Part shown: in pieces, positions 37,401 to 38,596 of the stretch | Position numbering within the stretch: position 1 is the stretch's first letter | Layout of the letters: each line of letters begins with the position of its first letter | From: Ministeria vibrans ATCC 50519 | Taxonomy: Eukaryota; Protista; Filasterea | NCBI GenBank assembly: GCA_943704425.1 | Contig: CALSCP010002434.1 | Span: forward strand, 17,133 to 55,728 | Direction of reading: 5' to 3' | DNA: 38,596 bases | The notes under the pieces: model-generated | Told to the model about the DNA's origin: nothing | What the model saw: the letters and a program-made list of their open reading frames with translations, nothing else | Database searches by the model: none | Program-made: the position numbers and the translations under genes

Positions 37401-37742
37401 CGCGACGAGCCCAACGTCGAGACGGCCGTCAGCGTGGGAGTGACACGGGGCACTGGAGGGGTGGGTACGGGTGCAGGTGGTGGTGAAGAGTTTAATTTTC
37501 AGCAGCACGATGCGCTCTTGGCGGTGCCTGGTGTGACGCGCCTCAACGCACGGATCATCATGAAGAAGGTAGAAAAATTTGTTTTGTTTCAGACAGTGCA
37601 TGTCTTCATTGTAATTTAGGTGAAGAACATTGCTCAACTGGTGATGTTGTCAGAGAAGGAGCTACAAGCAATTGTAGAGAATGCCGCAAATGGCTCCAAG
37701 ATGTATTCTTTTTTTCATAACATGTCGCGCAAACAACAGTAA
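34421..37742 (+). CDS. ERCC4: DNA repair endonuclease XPF (Rad1/FANCQ), 4 exons
   Basis: [93 protein letters not shown]; C-terminal HhH LLAVPGV. Confidence 0.96.
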
Positions 37743-38307
37743 CAAAAAAGCCAAGAAGAATTTATCATTATTATGATAATATTGTGTGTAATAGTAAGAA
37801 AATAAAGCAATTATAAAGAATATCATTGTAATACTATTGGCGACTTGTCACCGCTTCAGCTTGAACAGTTGAGACTGGATGTTTATTTAGTTGAAAAGGG
37901 TTGTAAGGTATCAGTTAGTTACATAATACATTGCAATTTGGTGGAAGTCAAGATTCTTTTTGCCTTCTAACTTCTCAGCTGCGATACGACTTATTATTTG
38001 ATACCGATTAAGGCATATTATTAGAGGAATAAAAAATTAAGACATATCAGGATAAGACATTGTGTAATGAAGTCAAAAGAAGAACCAAAATAGGAAGAAG
38101 AAGACATTTCCAACTTATTATCAATCACAAACGAAAGCGACAACACAAACAGCTCAGATCAACTGAACAAGTAACGAATAGCATCTCATTCACAAGGCGG
38201 CATAATTAGAAAACGTTCGTTTACTGACTTCACATTCTGGAGTTAAGACTCACGTCAGTCCGTCAGTCAACACTCAACACACAAATTTCTGGACTCTCCG
38301 CTCTCGC

Positions 38308-38516
38308 ATGCCCCGTCGGTCCTCGCTGGGACCCCCGGGCGAGCATGCACCGCACGCAGCGCACCCCCCGGTGGCTGCTGCGTCCGCTACGGCCGTTCCA
38401 GCCTCAAAGCGCTTTCGTCTCTTCCAACTGCTTTCGCCCGCTCTCTCCTCCCAGGCGAGCACTGACGAACGAAGCGTCCCCATGCAAACACCTGCATCGC
38501 TAGCCGACGAATCAGA
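38308..38516 (+). CDS. Probable first exon of a gene continuing beyond the window
   Basis: A GC-rich open frame MPRRSSLGPPGE..SLADES ends at a GA|GTACGT donor typical of this genome and is followed by AT-rich intron-like sequence. Confidence 0.5.
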
Positions 38517-38596
38517 GTACGTTTATTGGGTGTTACACTCACTGCACACAAAAAAAGGACACACACAAAAAAAAAAAAGCAAAAAAGCAAAACGAA

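Overview
This is gene-dense eukaryotic nuclear DNA with short canonical GT-AG introns (mostly about 45-300 nt) and the standard genetic code, so the ORF track fragments almost every gene. By manual splicing I reconstruct 16 complete protein genes plus one probable partial first exon. In order: a degenerate non-LTR retrotransposon with RNase H at the left edge, FANCC-like, alternative oxidase (AOX), EFHD/swiprosin, mitochondrial intermediate peptidase, a hidden 4-exon 81-aa microprotein, saccharopine dehydrogenase (LYS9-type), CTR9, a small polytopic membrane protein, type II NADH dehydrogenase, AAK1-like NAK kinase, a long-type TPPP/p25 with a large PSTPK repeat extension, two-domain Sua5, a polysaccharide pyruvyltransferase, BROMI/TBC1D32-like, SPPL2-like protease and XPF/ERCC4. 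The mix of animal-like genes (FANCC, EFHD, long TPPP, BROMI) and fungal-like genes (LYS9, Sua5, AOX, NDH-2, Pvg1-like) suggests a flagellated unicellular opisthokont or close relative (inference). The most interesting points are the recognisable FANCC, the repeat-extended TPPP, the eukaryotic pyruvyltransferase, the microprotein, and unpaired splice-acceptor-like sites just upstream of many start codons in very tight intergenic spaces (possible SL trans-splicing or Inr elements). All family assignments come from motif recognition and recalled homolog sequences, not from database searches. There are two N-gaps (24926-24935, 31783-31789).
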